From assembly GCA_964016885.1 (NCBI GenBank), contig OZ024741.1, positions 115,878,001 to 115,942,000 on the forward strand: a stretch of DNA of 64,000 nucleotides, given 5' to 3'. The stretch comes from Eledone cirrhosa. Taxonomy: Eukaryota. A program made the position numbers and the translations under genes. Under the pieces are notes generated by a model. That model was given only the letters and a program-made list of their open reading frames with translations. It was not told the origin of the DNA and did not search any database. Positions 28,059 to 42,084 of this stretch are shown here, one piece after another. Every line of letters starts with the position of its first letter. Positions within the stretch are counted from its first letter, which is position 1.

Positions 28059-28060
<2 letters not shown>
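27447..28060 (-). mobile_element. Non-coding cassette between two (TA)n tracts with a hammerhead motif at 27596-27677
   Basis: GCCTT-CTGAAGG-TTGCTCC..GGAACAT-GAAA-CCGCGG-TA-AAGGC; perfect 5-bp stem I; A9G deviation. Confidence 0.6.
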
Positions 28061-28130
<70 letters not shown>

Positions 28131-28133
<3 letters not shown>

Positions 28134-28945
28134 ATAGTACAGCATATTCGAAGTTCGATCAGCAGCTAAGCCAACGAATGCCTTCAGCAGTGCAGCCAAG
28201 TACTCGACAAGGTATAGACCTCAGAGTAATAACATACAGTTTAAAGGGCTTTGCAAATTGAAAATAGCGACCTCTAATTCAGCCGCGTGATCTGTAGCAA
28301 CAACAGAACTGACTAGTGAGAAAAGGAAATACACACACACACACATATATATACATATAAAAATATACATACATACATACATACATATATATATGCACAT
28401 ATCTATATATATAACATACCTGGACCGAAACTTGGAAATTACTGAATATCCTAGTGAGGTTTCTGTAAATCCGAAATCAACAAAATCCGCTTGTGGTGTA
28501 TACAAGTTAGGTTTCTGGAAGATCGAACAGAGGAATTTACTTTCTCAACGGGCTTTCGTTCTAACCCAAAACCCGGTGTGAAGCACATGTTACTCCAAAG
28601 GGAGGTAACCCCGGTTTCTGACGGTCAATTCAAAAATTATGGGCAATGGAATAAATTCCATACACAAACTGAATTAAGCACTCAACCAGACCCTTATTAA
28701 ACAAACTTAAATAATTAACCAATCAATGGAATTGTCAAATTAAATTAATAAATTATTCATTAGACCGTTATTAAACAAACTCAAATAATCAACGAATCAA
28801 TGGAATTGTCAAATTAAATTAATCAATTAATCATTAGGTCTAGGAGATAGTAATACAATAGTACAGCATATTCGAAGTTCGATCAGCAGCTAAGCCAAAG
28901 AATGCCTTCAGCAGTGCAGCCAAGCACTCGACAAGGTATAGTCCT
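28131..28945. mobile_element. Non-coding cassette with ~87-bp terminal direct repeats, flanked by (TA)n
   Basis: acaatagtacagcatattcgaagttcg...cgacaaggtatag at 28131-28217 and 28856-28941; internal ~72-bp tandem duplication at 28694-28837. Confidence 0.7.
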
Positions 28946-28966
28946 AATATATATATATATATATAT

Positions 28967-30934
<1,968 letters not shown>

Positions 30935-31410
30935 GGCGAGAAGATGGTTTATTACAAGAGACGCATTTTTTTGTGAAATTCTCATTACATTGTTAACATG
31001 GGAAGTCATAGCAATTTGGCAGTATTCTCCTCCACATTTCTCTATATATTTGCTTAGAGGGATGTTTCTGGTGTGTGGGTCCTTGATTTGTTGACGGTGA
31101 GATGTCATTCATCTTTAGAGTGAAGTGCATGTTTGTCGAATGTAATGTTCGTGGCAGCCTTTACACGTTATAAAGTATGTTTGATTCTCTGATTTGCAAG
31201 AGAAGTAATTTTTAATTTTAATGATATTAAATTCATTGCCTTCTAACAAATAATTGCATACTGGGCATTTTACTTCAGCTTCCTTAGTAACGGTTTGCAG
31301 TTTTGTATTCATTAGTATATATTATAGTGATTTTGGTTTTCGTTTTTAATGATTAGGTGTTTTTGTAAGTGGCTTTTCATTGTCTTGTCCTTTAGTAAGA
31401 TAGATAGGTT
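30935..31410 (-). pseudogene. Penelope-like GIY-YIG endonuclease fragment
   Basis: CPVCNYL..FSCKSENQTYFITCKGCHEHYIRQT..MTSHRQQI. Confidence 0.8.
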
Positions 31411-31794
31411 TAGTCATATGTGTGTGTGTGTCTTTCTGTGTTCTTTTTGTTGGAAGTTGAAATGCCTGGTATGACCTTTTTTTCGTGTTTTATTTTGTTT
31501 GTTGAAGTGTTTGGTTATTGATTTAGCTTGGTTTTTGGAAACTGTTGTTGATTAAATTCTAAGTATATTTTCTCTTGATAAGTATTTGGTTCATCTCTTC
31601 TAGTCAGTGGTCTCTGGTTGTTGGGTTTGAGACTATTTCTCTATTACACGTGATTTGTAAAGAAACCGCTACCGATTTAATTTTTTCAATATATATATGT
31701 ATATCTATATCTATATCTATCTATCTATATATATATATATATATATATCTTTATCTCTATATATATGAATATAACTATATATACATACATATAT

Positions 31795-31948
<154 letters not shown>

Positions 31949-31949
31949 A

Positions 31950-32878
31950 GGAGTTGACGGACCCACCATATTTATCAATGCCAGTACCGGTTGTATCTCA
32001 GCGTACTCCATGGGCAATGTAAGATACATTCCCAGAGTATACACATAGTTATTTGCTTCAACACAACACACGTAAAACAGGTGCCTATAATGGTTCCCGG
32101 TCTCGAGTTTCTGCCGCACTAATGCAGCAGTAAGGTGCACTGCACCATCCGTCTGCATATATAATGCAACAATGCACAATCGGCTTATGCGGCTTCATCA
32201 GCGGGTATCGCCTAATCAATAACCAATCGATCGACAGAATCCGAACACCAGCCCATGTCTGTCATGACCATTTGTGACGACTGACACGGTAAAGCGATTA
32301 GCAACTGGCACCCGATAAGATTCTATCTCTCAACTAACTACTGATTTACAAATTTTACGTGGCGGCGGGAAGCTAAGGAATCAATCTTTTCCTTCCCGTC
32401 AAAAGTACCCAGCCATCGTGTCTCACGCACAAATTATTAAGAGGTGAAAAGATGGCTATTAGAAATAGCAGTTCACATTTATTATAATAGAATGGTAGCA
32501 TTCGGCTCATGTCTCCAAGCCCCATGGCTAGAGGAAAGCGATGGTAACAATGGTAGTGCGAAGAACCTTTAACGGACATTAAATGCAATTATCCATTAAA
32601 GAGCAATATAGTAGCGAACTGAAATGTGTCAGCTGCTGCGTAGAGAACCAGTCAATTTCACAACTTAACAGAGTGAGAGACAAAATAGCAGGATAAAAGA
32701 GTGCATATCAAAACAAAAACACAATAAAAAAAATTGTTTAACTTACTCTCAATAGTCCGCTAGTTTGGAGATAATAATAATAATAATTTGACGGACCCAG
32801 CATATTTATCAATGCCAGTACCGGTTGTATCAAAGCATACTCCATGGGTAATGTAAGATACATTCCCAGAGTATACAC

Positions 32879-32880
<2 letters not shown>
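31950..32880 (-). mobile_element. Non-coding cassette with ~91-bp direct repeats and internal hammerhead motif (32096-32205), between (TA)n tracts
   Basis: gacggaccca..gtatacacata at ~31957-32047 and ~32790-32881; CCCG-CTGATGA-A-GCCGCA..TGCGGC-A-GAAA-CTCGAG-AC-CGGG. Confidence 0.7.
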
Positions 32881-32937
<57 letters not shown>

Positions 32938-32940
<3 letters not shown>

Positions 32941-35900
32941 TCATCATCATCATCACCATTTTACTCCGTTCTTCCACGCTAGCATGGGTTAGAAAGGTTG
33001 TCCTGTTTCGGGCAAGAGCCCGTCGGCTGACCATGTCTTGCTCATACAGGAACTGACTCTGGCTTGATTTCTACAGCTGGATGCCCTTCCTAACACCAAC
33101 CTCATTTACAGTGAGTGCTAGGTGTTTTTTTTCCGTTGCGCCTACACGTCCACTTTACAGTGTGGGCTGGGTGCTTTTTTGTCGTGACACCTTCACGACC
33201 ACTTTGCAATGGGAGGGGATGGGGGCATATTGTCTATATGCTTCAGCTTCGGCTTGTACCCGTGGGTGGTCGGGTTTTCTGTGTTACTGCGTGACGCCCG
33301 AGGTCACGGTCGTGTGTCATCGCCTTTGAGAGGTGTAATTGGTTAAGGTCGGCTTTTATCACCTCATCCCAGGTCTTCTTCGGTCTCCCCACTCCGCGGT
33401 TTCCATCGACTTCTAGTGCTCTGCATCTTTTTATGCAGCTGTCATCCTTCATACGCATCACATGTCCATACCAATGCAACCTCCTCTCCTGCACACAGAA
33501 TGTGATTCCTCTGATACTCAGTCTCTCTCTCAGTTCGTTTATGCTTTGCCGCTCGTATATTACTATTACACATCCATCGGAGCACGCAGGCTTCGTTTCT
33601 TTCTAATCTATGCAAGTCTTCTACAGACAACGCGCAGATTTCACTAACATTGCTGTTCGTATACACGCATCATACATTCTACCCTTCATTTTGAGGGAAA
33701 AGCCTTTTGCAGCTAGCAGTGGCGGTAGCTCCCTGAACTTCTTTCATCCCGTTCTTACCCTAGTTATTATACTTTCCGAACACCCACCTCTGCTGCTAAT
33801 TCGGTCACCTAGGTATCAGAAGCTGTCTACTGTTTCTACAGAGCCCTCCCAGAGTTTGGTGGTGCTTGTTTCCTGTGGCTGTTTGCTGCTTGCTGTCTCA
33901 GCGCAGCTGCTACATGTGAAGCCTACATTCTTAGTTAAGCTTCCTGAGACCCCATTACATCTCTTGTGTACCCATTGTTTACATTTCGGGCAGAGGATGG
34001 AGTTCCTACCTACAGCTTTCCTACATACTGAACAAGGCCATTTCCCTGAGTGGATCTGGGTTCTGTTTTCTCGTCTACTTACAAGGACCTTATTCTTCGT
34101 CAGGTTGACTTTGAGAACCCTCTTTCTAGTCCCTGCTTCCATGTTTGGAATTTCTACCATAGATTCAGCTATAAGTGCGAGGTCATCTGCATACAGGAGT
34201 TCCCATGGGCATCTGGTCTTAAACTCCTCCGTTATTGCCTGCAAAACTATGATGAACAGGAGAGGGCTAAGAACAGAGCCCTGGTGGACACCGACCTGTA
34301 TACTAAATTCCTCGCTATAGTTATTGCTAATCCTAACTTTGCTGACTGCTCCCCTATACATGGCTTGTACAGCTTTCACAAGCCATTCATGTACTCCTAG
34401 TTTTCTAATAGCCCACCAGATTATAGCCCGGGGGACTCTGTCAAAGGCTTTCTCCAGATCGACGAATGCCAGGTAGAGTGGCTTACTCTTAGCTAGGTAC
34501 TTTTCCTGTAACTGCCTCACAAGGAAGAGGGCATCAGTGGCGCCTTTTCCTGGTACAAACCCAAATTGCATCTCATCTAGCTTCACTCGGTCCCTAACCA
34601 AATGTGCTATAACACTTTCTGTTACTTTCATGACCTGGTCCATCAGCTTTATACCTCTATAGTTTCCTCTATCTAGTGCATTACCTTGACCCTTGTAGTA
34701 GTTGACAATAATGCTACTGCACCAATCATTTGGTATGACACCTTCTAGTATTACCTGGTTAACAATACGTGTGGTTATGGTGTGACCTACCGAGCCAGAT
34801 GCCTTCATCATCTCCGCAACTATACCCAATGGCACGGTTGCCTTCCCCGTCTTCATATCTTTGATTGCCTTACTTACTACGCTGCTCCTGACTTGTACTG
34901 CTGGCCCCTCTATAGGGTCTATTTGGGGTAGGGTCTCCTCTGCCCATGCATTCTCCTCATTTAGTAATCTTTCATAATTGCTCTTCCACGCATCTTTCTT
35001 CTCAGCACTTGTGAGGGCTAGCTCACCTTTATCATTCCGGATACACTTCTCCCCAAGACATCACAATTCTCTCTGACACACTGCCTCGCAATCTTGAACA
35101 CCTCCTGTTTCTGGTACTCACGCTGCAAGACATGCTTGAATTTTCTATCTTCCGCTTCCCTTCTAGCTAAGTATACTTGTCGCCTAGCTTCCCTCCTGGT
35201 CTCTATGTAACGTACCCTGCTGCCCCCGTTCTTCCATTCTTTCTATGCCTGTTTCTTAGCCGTAACTGCCTCATCTACCTTATTGTTCCACCACCAAGTC
35301 ACTCTCCTCCTGCCTGTGGTCTTACTCCAACCACAGATCTCATCCGTCGCCTTTAGTAAGTAATTTTTAGGAAGTCCCAGTTCTCTTCTACATTAAATGT
35401 CTCTATCTGTTCTTCTTTACTGTCAATAAACGTCGAGTAAAATATCTTTAAATCTGTTACTGGCTGAGGGTTCTTCCAGCTTCCAGATCTTTCTTCTCCA
35501 GGTTGCCTTCTGTTTCCAAGTTCATCTAGTTCTGACAATGAGGTCGCTGACAACTAAGTTATGTTGGGAGGTACATTCCTCACCTGGGAAGGCTTTTGTG
35601 TTTATGACCGTCCATCTGTCACGTCCTCTGATGAGGATAAAATCTATCTGACTAGAATGCTCCCTTGATCTATAGGTGATCAGGTGGTTGTCGGGTTTTT
35701 TGAAGTTTGTGTTACATATCGACATGTCATTGGCGTCGCAGAATTCTAGAAGCCTGAAGCCTTCTTCATTTCTTGTGCCAAACCCGTGGCCTCCATGGAC
35801 TCTATAGAAGCCGTCATGGTGTTTATCTACGTGTCCGTTAAAAGCTCCTGCAATGATTAGGAAGTCATTGTCATTTGCTAGAGCAGTAGTGTGCATTAGG

Positions 35901-36420
35901 GACTCGTAAAACCTATCCTTAAGTTCATCTGGCAACCCCGATTGGGGTGCGTAAGCTGATATTATTGTGGTAATTGTTTTATTCAGGACTAGTCTGAGTT
36001 TAATGATTCATGCATTCACCCTGTTCACTGAGATTCCCTTATCTACCCATTTGTCAGCTAGTAGGATACCTACACCACCCATCCCATTGTCATTTCCCAC
36101 CCAGAAAAATTTGTAGCACTGACTTTTGCCTACAAGGACTCTAGCGGACTCTCCTCTCCATCTACTCTCTTGCACACAGCATACTATCAATTTCCTTTCG
36201 CTCTAGAATCTGTACGATTTCTCCTGCTCTTCCTTTCATTGTCCTTACATTGATGGTTCCAACTGGGAGTATTAGGCATTTGCCAACATTCATGGGAAAG
36301 ATAAATTTTTGCGGCGATGTGTGTTTGCTTCCTGTTTCTGAATTAAAGCTTCGCATGGGTCCTTGGTAACTCGCGGCTTCATGTTCATTTATTTATCAAT
36401 TCGAGGTTGCTCCATTTTTC
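32938..36420 (-). mobile_element. Near full-length degenerate RTE-clade LINE (APE, RT, PHD-like finger) with (ATG)n tail
   Basis: GTINVRTM, CVQESRW, GAFNGH, QIDF; NYRGIKL, FVDLEKAFDRVP, GVHQGSVLSP, LYADD; RRLHWYGHVMR..GRPKKTW; multiple frameshifts. Confidence 0.95.
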
Positions 36421-36537
36421 CTCAGCTCATCCATACATAACGGTAAGAGAATTCAGGGTTAGAAGGGCAGCAGTGGTAATAATGGCAGGGTTTGTTGGGG
36501 CTGGTAAGGGCGAGAACAAAGGTATTATTATTATTAT

Positions 36538-36593
<56 letters not shown>

Positions 36594-36654
36594 ATGGCAG
36601 AGTTTGTTGGGGTTGGTAATGGGTTGGGGAGGGACATGGTGAGGTTTAATTGGT

Positions 36655-37016
36655 CGAACAGGCTATATATATATATATATATGTAAAAGGTAAACAGAAA
36701 TAACAACACAATCGGTACAGTATATGGAATGGATATATTAGGTTAACGCTTGGTATAGCAGGAAGAAGGTCTTAACGTTTCGGACGCTAGTCCTTCATCA
36801 GAAGAAAGAATGAGAAATAAGATAGATTGAGGGGACGGACGGGTTGTAAAACATCTCTTTAGATAAAAATAACAGGTTGACATCTCTTGCAAAACAGTTG
36901 GTGCTGGCGTTTTGTGTATGATTTATTTTTTAGAAAAGTGGATGATGGAGCACGTATACCTGAAATGGAAAAAAAACCGTTTTGTAAAAAGAGCTATACT
37001 TGTGCACGTGCGTAAG

Positions 37017-37051
<35 letters not shown>

Positions 37052-38190
37052 ATACGTCCGTACGAAGCTAAGAAAAAATGTGTGTATATGTGAGTAAAAG
37101 AGTGTGTGTGCATGTAAGTACGAAGTATGTTAATATAATGGAGTGTATGTGTGTATGCAGAGCAGGGAAGGGAAAACTGGAGTGAGCATATATAGTCGGC
37201 ATGTATTGTAAGAGAAGTTGCTAATGATCAAGAGAAAGCGATAGGAATCTAGGGGTGTGATAATGGACGGGGTATTAGAGAAACTGTGGAGGTGAGTTGT
37301 GTCCAAGAGAGGAATGGGACCCAAGACCGTGAATCAAACTGTATACAGTCCTGGTGCGCGAGGCCTGTGATCTATGATGTAAAAGGACACTCAGGACTGA
37401 AACATGTAGGGAAGAATGACCAGGAAAACAGAAATGATGGGTGACAAGAGTATCCAAACCGAGTCGTATGTCCCTCAAATATTCGGCAAAACGGTCCGCC
37501 ATACGGCGTCCCGTTTGTCCGATATATAAAGCCCCGCAAAGGGAACACCGGAGGGCGTAGACAACGTGGGTAGGTGTGCAGGTGAAGGAATGGCGGATAC
37601 GGAACACCCGTTAGGGCCTGTAAGAGTGGTGAGGGTGGAAATGAAGGGACAAATGTTGCAGCAGGAACGGGAACCAGGAAGAGAGCCGGGTGGAGTCGTG
37701 GGAGAGGACGAGAAGGGACTGCGAACCAGGAGTTCGCGGGCGCGGTTTAAATCAGTAATGGGTGGGTTTGGAGAAAAGCGAGAAGTGACGGGGTCAAAAG
37801 AGAGGATACGGAAGGAACGGAAGATATGTCGCCAGAGTGGTAGGGTGATGGGGTGGTAGGTGAGATGGAGGGAAGGGAACGCAGGTGAGGTGAGAGGGCT
37901 GTGGTGCGGTCTGTTTCACGGGCGTGAGTGAGAGCAGCGAAATCGTCGTCCTGGCTACAGAGGCGACGAAGACGGAGGAATTGGGAATAGGGTATTGAGT
38001 GTTTGGTGTGGGTTAGATGGGAGGAGGTGAAGTCGAGGTAAGATTGGGAGTATGTTGCTCTAATGAAGATGGAAGGAGAGAAGGTGTGGTGAGAGTGATT
38101 AATAGATAGAGAGATCTCTAGAAAAGCGACAGAAGAATCGGAGACGGAGACGATGAAATTGAGAGTAGGATGGAAAGATAGGATATAACG
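36655..38190 (-). mobile_element. Penelope-like 3' fragment (RT end, GIY-YIG, pLTR with hammerhead at 36770-36804)
   Basis: FTCTPTHVVYALRCSLCGALYIGQTGRRMADRFAEY; CTT-CTGATGA-A-GGAC-TAGC-GTCC-GAAA-CGTTAAG. Confidence 0.85.
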
Positions 38191-38359
38191 ACCGTATAGC
38201 TCAGGAGTCGGTCCAGCATACTAGGAGAAGATCTGGGCTTCGACGTAGCCAACAAACAAGTTGGCATAGTTTGGACCCATTCTGGTTCCCATCGCTAACC
38301 CAGAGACCTGATATATGTATATATATATATATACACACATACTTATCTTTCTCTCTCTG

Positions 38360-38405
<46 letters not shown>

Positions 38406-39034
38406 AAAAATTTACGAAATGGAAATGCGGGTATATAGAATTTATTAGGTAACAATTGTTTCTATAGTGTATGAGTTACCTATACCTCGCTATTTGAATA
38501 ATACACAAATATTATCAAAAACCGAAAGTACACTGTAAGCCAGCACACCATGTCATCAGACCTTTGTATTAGAATGATATGAAAATATTTTATACACTAG
38601 ATAAAAGATAAAGAAGGAGGTAGGAAGAGAAGGGGAAGAGGGAAGTGAGTAAGGTGGAGGGAGTCCTAGGGTTTAAGACTGTCAGACTAGTAGAGATTGT
38701 GAAGAGAGAATGTTTTGGCAGCAGTTAGCTTAATGAGGCGTGTTAAGGTTGGCTGGGAAGTAGATTCTTCTAGTGGTGTTGTTCGGACAACATTTAGTTA
38801 GAGGGGTCAAAGTGGTACAATGTCACAGACAAGTTATTAGGGCTATTATAGTAGCAGGTTATTTCTAAAGGGGTCCAGAAAAACAGTGTTTAGTACTATT
38901 ATTATAGAAAGCAATATCTAGTGTATAAACATATAAGACAGAAATTTGCAAACGTTGGTGTAAAAAGGTAACATTATATGCATTTAAAAAAAGAAAAAGT
39001 CGTTTTCAAACGATGGTTACAGTATAGAGAACGT

Positions 39035-41282
39035 ATCATCATCATCATCAGGTTTAGCGTCCGTGTTCCACGCTTGCATGGGTTTGGACGGGGGTTTTCC
39101 CACTTGAGGCAAGAGTGGTTGTCTTGCTCGCAGGTTTTCTACAGTTGGATGCCCTTCCTAACACCAACCACATTTACAGTGTGGGGCTGGGAGGTTTTTA
39201 CCGTGTTGCCTACACGGCCACATTACAGCGTGGACTGTCTGGCGGGTTTTCTACAGCTGGATGCCCTTCCTAACACCAACCACATTTACAGTGTGGGGCT
39301 GGGAGGTTTTTACCGTGTTGCCTACACGGCCACATTTACAGCGTGGACTGTGTGTTTTTTGTCGTGACACCTACACGATCTCATTTGTTTCGGCCTGGAT
39401 GTTGTGGGACCAACATAACTTTACATTGAAAGGGGCGGTGTGGGTGGGGTGGAGGTGGTGGGACGGGGGTGTGTTTTGATAGAGATGCCTACTGACTGTA
39501 GTAGGTTTTTACTTTGTATTTAGGTAAGGCGGGTCTTCTCTATTACTGAGTACCGCCAAAGGTCTCGGTCCAGTGACATTGTCTTGGAGAGGTGTAAGCG
39601 TGTGAGGTCGGAATTTATCAGCTCGTCCCATGTTTTTCTGGGTCTGCCTACTCCGTGGCTACCGTCTATCTTTATTGCCCTGCACTTTGTTATACAGCTG
39701 TCGTCTTTCATGCGCATCACGTGACCGTACCAACGTAGCCTTCTCTCGAGTAAACAACATCTGATCCCTCTTATTTCTAATTTTTTCCTTAGTTCGTTTA
39801 TGCTTTGCCGTTCACGTATATTACTATTGCACATCCAGCGGAGCATGCAAGCTTCGTTCCTCTCTAGTCTGCGTATATCCTCTGCACACAATGCCCAGGT
39901 CTCACTGCCATGCAGCATTGCTGTTCGTATGCAGGCATCGTATAACCTGCCTTTCATTTTTAGGGAGAACTCTCTAGCGGCTAATAGTGGTATAAGCTCT
40001 CTGAACTTTTTCCAAACAGTTCTGACTCTAGCTACTGTACTTTCAGAGCACCCTCCCCCACTGCTGATTTTGTCACCCAGATAACGGAAGCTGTCCACTA
40101 TTTCTATAGAACCCTCTGCGCAGTTGAAGGAGCTAGTATTTTGTGGGCACTTGCTGCTACTTATTGCACCAGAGCACCGGCCACATGTAAAATCTATGTT
40201 CTTAGTTAGCTTACCTGTGATCCCACTACATCTTTTATGCACCCATACTTTGCATTTGGGACATAAAATGGAGTTTCTACCTACGCCTTTCCTACACACT
40301 GAGCATGGCCATTTCCCAGATGGGACCGCCGCCTTATTTTCTTTCCTACAAACTAGAACTTTAGTCTTAGCGAGGTTAATTTTAAGGCCTTTTGATTCTA
40401 GGCCGTGCTTCCATGTTTGGAATTTCTTCTCTAGTTCGGTCATTGATTCAGCTATGAGCGTTAGATCATCTGCGTATAGGAGTTCCCATGGGCAGCCGGT
40501 TTTGAACTCCTCTGTTATAGCCTGAAGGGCAATAATAAATAGTAGGGGGCTAAGAACACAGCCCTGATGGACACCAACTTTTACGCTAAACTCTTCACTA
40601 TATTTGTTGTTAATTCTAACCTTACTGACTCTTTCTTTATACATGGCTTGTATAGCTCTCACAAGCCATTCGTCAACACCTAGTTTTCTAAGAGACCACC
40701 AGATAATGGAACGGGGGACTCTGTCGAAGGCTTTCTCCAAGTCGACGAAAGCTAAGTATAGGGGTTTACTTTTAGCTAGGTACTTCTCCTGTAGTTGTAC
40801 AATGAAAAGAGCGTCTGTGGTACTTTTGCCTGACACAAACCCGAACTGCATTTCATCTAGATCAATTCTCTCTCTGATTAGTTGCGCTATTACTTTTTCC
40901 GTGAATTTCATGACCTGGTCGATTAATTTAATGCCTCTATAGTTACTCCTATCTAGGGCATCTCCTTTTCCCTTATAGCAGTTAACGATGATGCTGCTAC
41001 GCCATTCCTTCGGAACAACCCCATTCTGTACGACTTGGTTAACTATCCGGGTGACCATGGTGTGTCCCACCGAACCAGATGCCTTCAGCATCTCAGCAAC
41101 TATTTCCGAAGGCCCAGCCGCCTTACCCGTCTTCATATCTTTGATTGCCTTACTTATTATACTACCTTCAACTAACACTGCTGGTCCCTCTATTGGATCG
41201 ATCTGGGGGAGACTGTCTTTCTCCCATTTGTTCTCCTCATTTAGAAGCCTTTCGTAGTGACACTTCCAAGCTACCTTCTTAT

Positions 41283-41283
<1 letters not shown>
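39035..41283 (-). mobile_element. 5'-truncated RTE LINE, open RT-PHD-C-terminal frame (39520-41283), (ATG)n tail, ~110-bp tandem duplication in the 3' UTR
   Basis: ORF motifs NYRGIKL, DLEKAFDRVP, GVHQG, LYADD, WPCSVC..HKRC; duplicated 39133-39238 / 39245-39350; the upstream part of the 698-aa ORF is spurious read-through. Confidence 0.95.
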
Positions 41284-41313
<30 letters not shown>

Positions 41314-41331
41314 GAAAAAGAGATGAAATTG

Positions 41332-41371
<40 letters not shown>

Positions 41372-41376
<5 letters not shown>

Positions 41377-41691
41377 AAAAAGAGATGAAATTGAAAATGC
41401 AACAGGAGTCTTATTTTTTTTTAAATATATATATTTATTTGGTTCCTTTACCGGTTTCGCAGTTCTTCTGCTTTTCAAAAGGTGAGTTGAGATGGAGGGT
41501 CTGTGGATTTTCTCAAAACCACAGACCCTCCATCTCAACTCACCTTTTGAAAAGGAACCAAATAAATATATATATTTTAAAAAAAAATAAGACTCCAGTT
41601 GCATTTTCGATTTCATCTCTTTTTCTTTATACTTTCACTCGTGTAGGACACCTCGGTTATTTTTCATTTTGTAAAAAAAACCTCACTTTCT
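41372..41691. mobile_element. Palindromic solo pLTR of the same Penelope family as 28967-30765; hammerhead at 41445-41482 (-)
   Basis: Matches 28967-29160; folds back around ~41513 (ggtgagttgagatggagggtctgtgg / ccacagaccctccatctcaactcacc). Confidence 0.85.
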
Positions 41692-41758
<67 letters not shown>

Positions 41759-42084
41759 GAATATACAAGAGAGATAAACACAAATATAAACATACATGCA
41801 TTCGAATTGTAAGGGACCAGGTTCACTAGGGTGAAAAAAATACTAACTATAACAATATGGTTTGCCAGACTTTAATTTAAAGTAATAAATCAAGAAAAAG
41901 AAGAACAAACCTATATTGGGCAACTGCCTGAAACACCCAGACAGTTATAGGAACTGTCTCGGAAATTATTAAGCGAAGGAATCACCAACTTCTACTCATC
42001 AGTAGGTGTTAAAAATTAGCAATCCTTCCACTTCTAAGTATATCAGCGACTGAATAGTGTGCTATATGAAATAACGCACATGTT

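Noticed and set aside
41284-41616. N-terminal ~110 aa of the 698-aa ORF 39520-41616
   Set aside because: Read-through across the pLTR palindrome and (TA)n; RTE homology starts at ~41283
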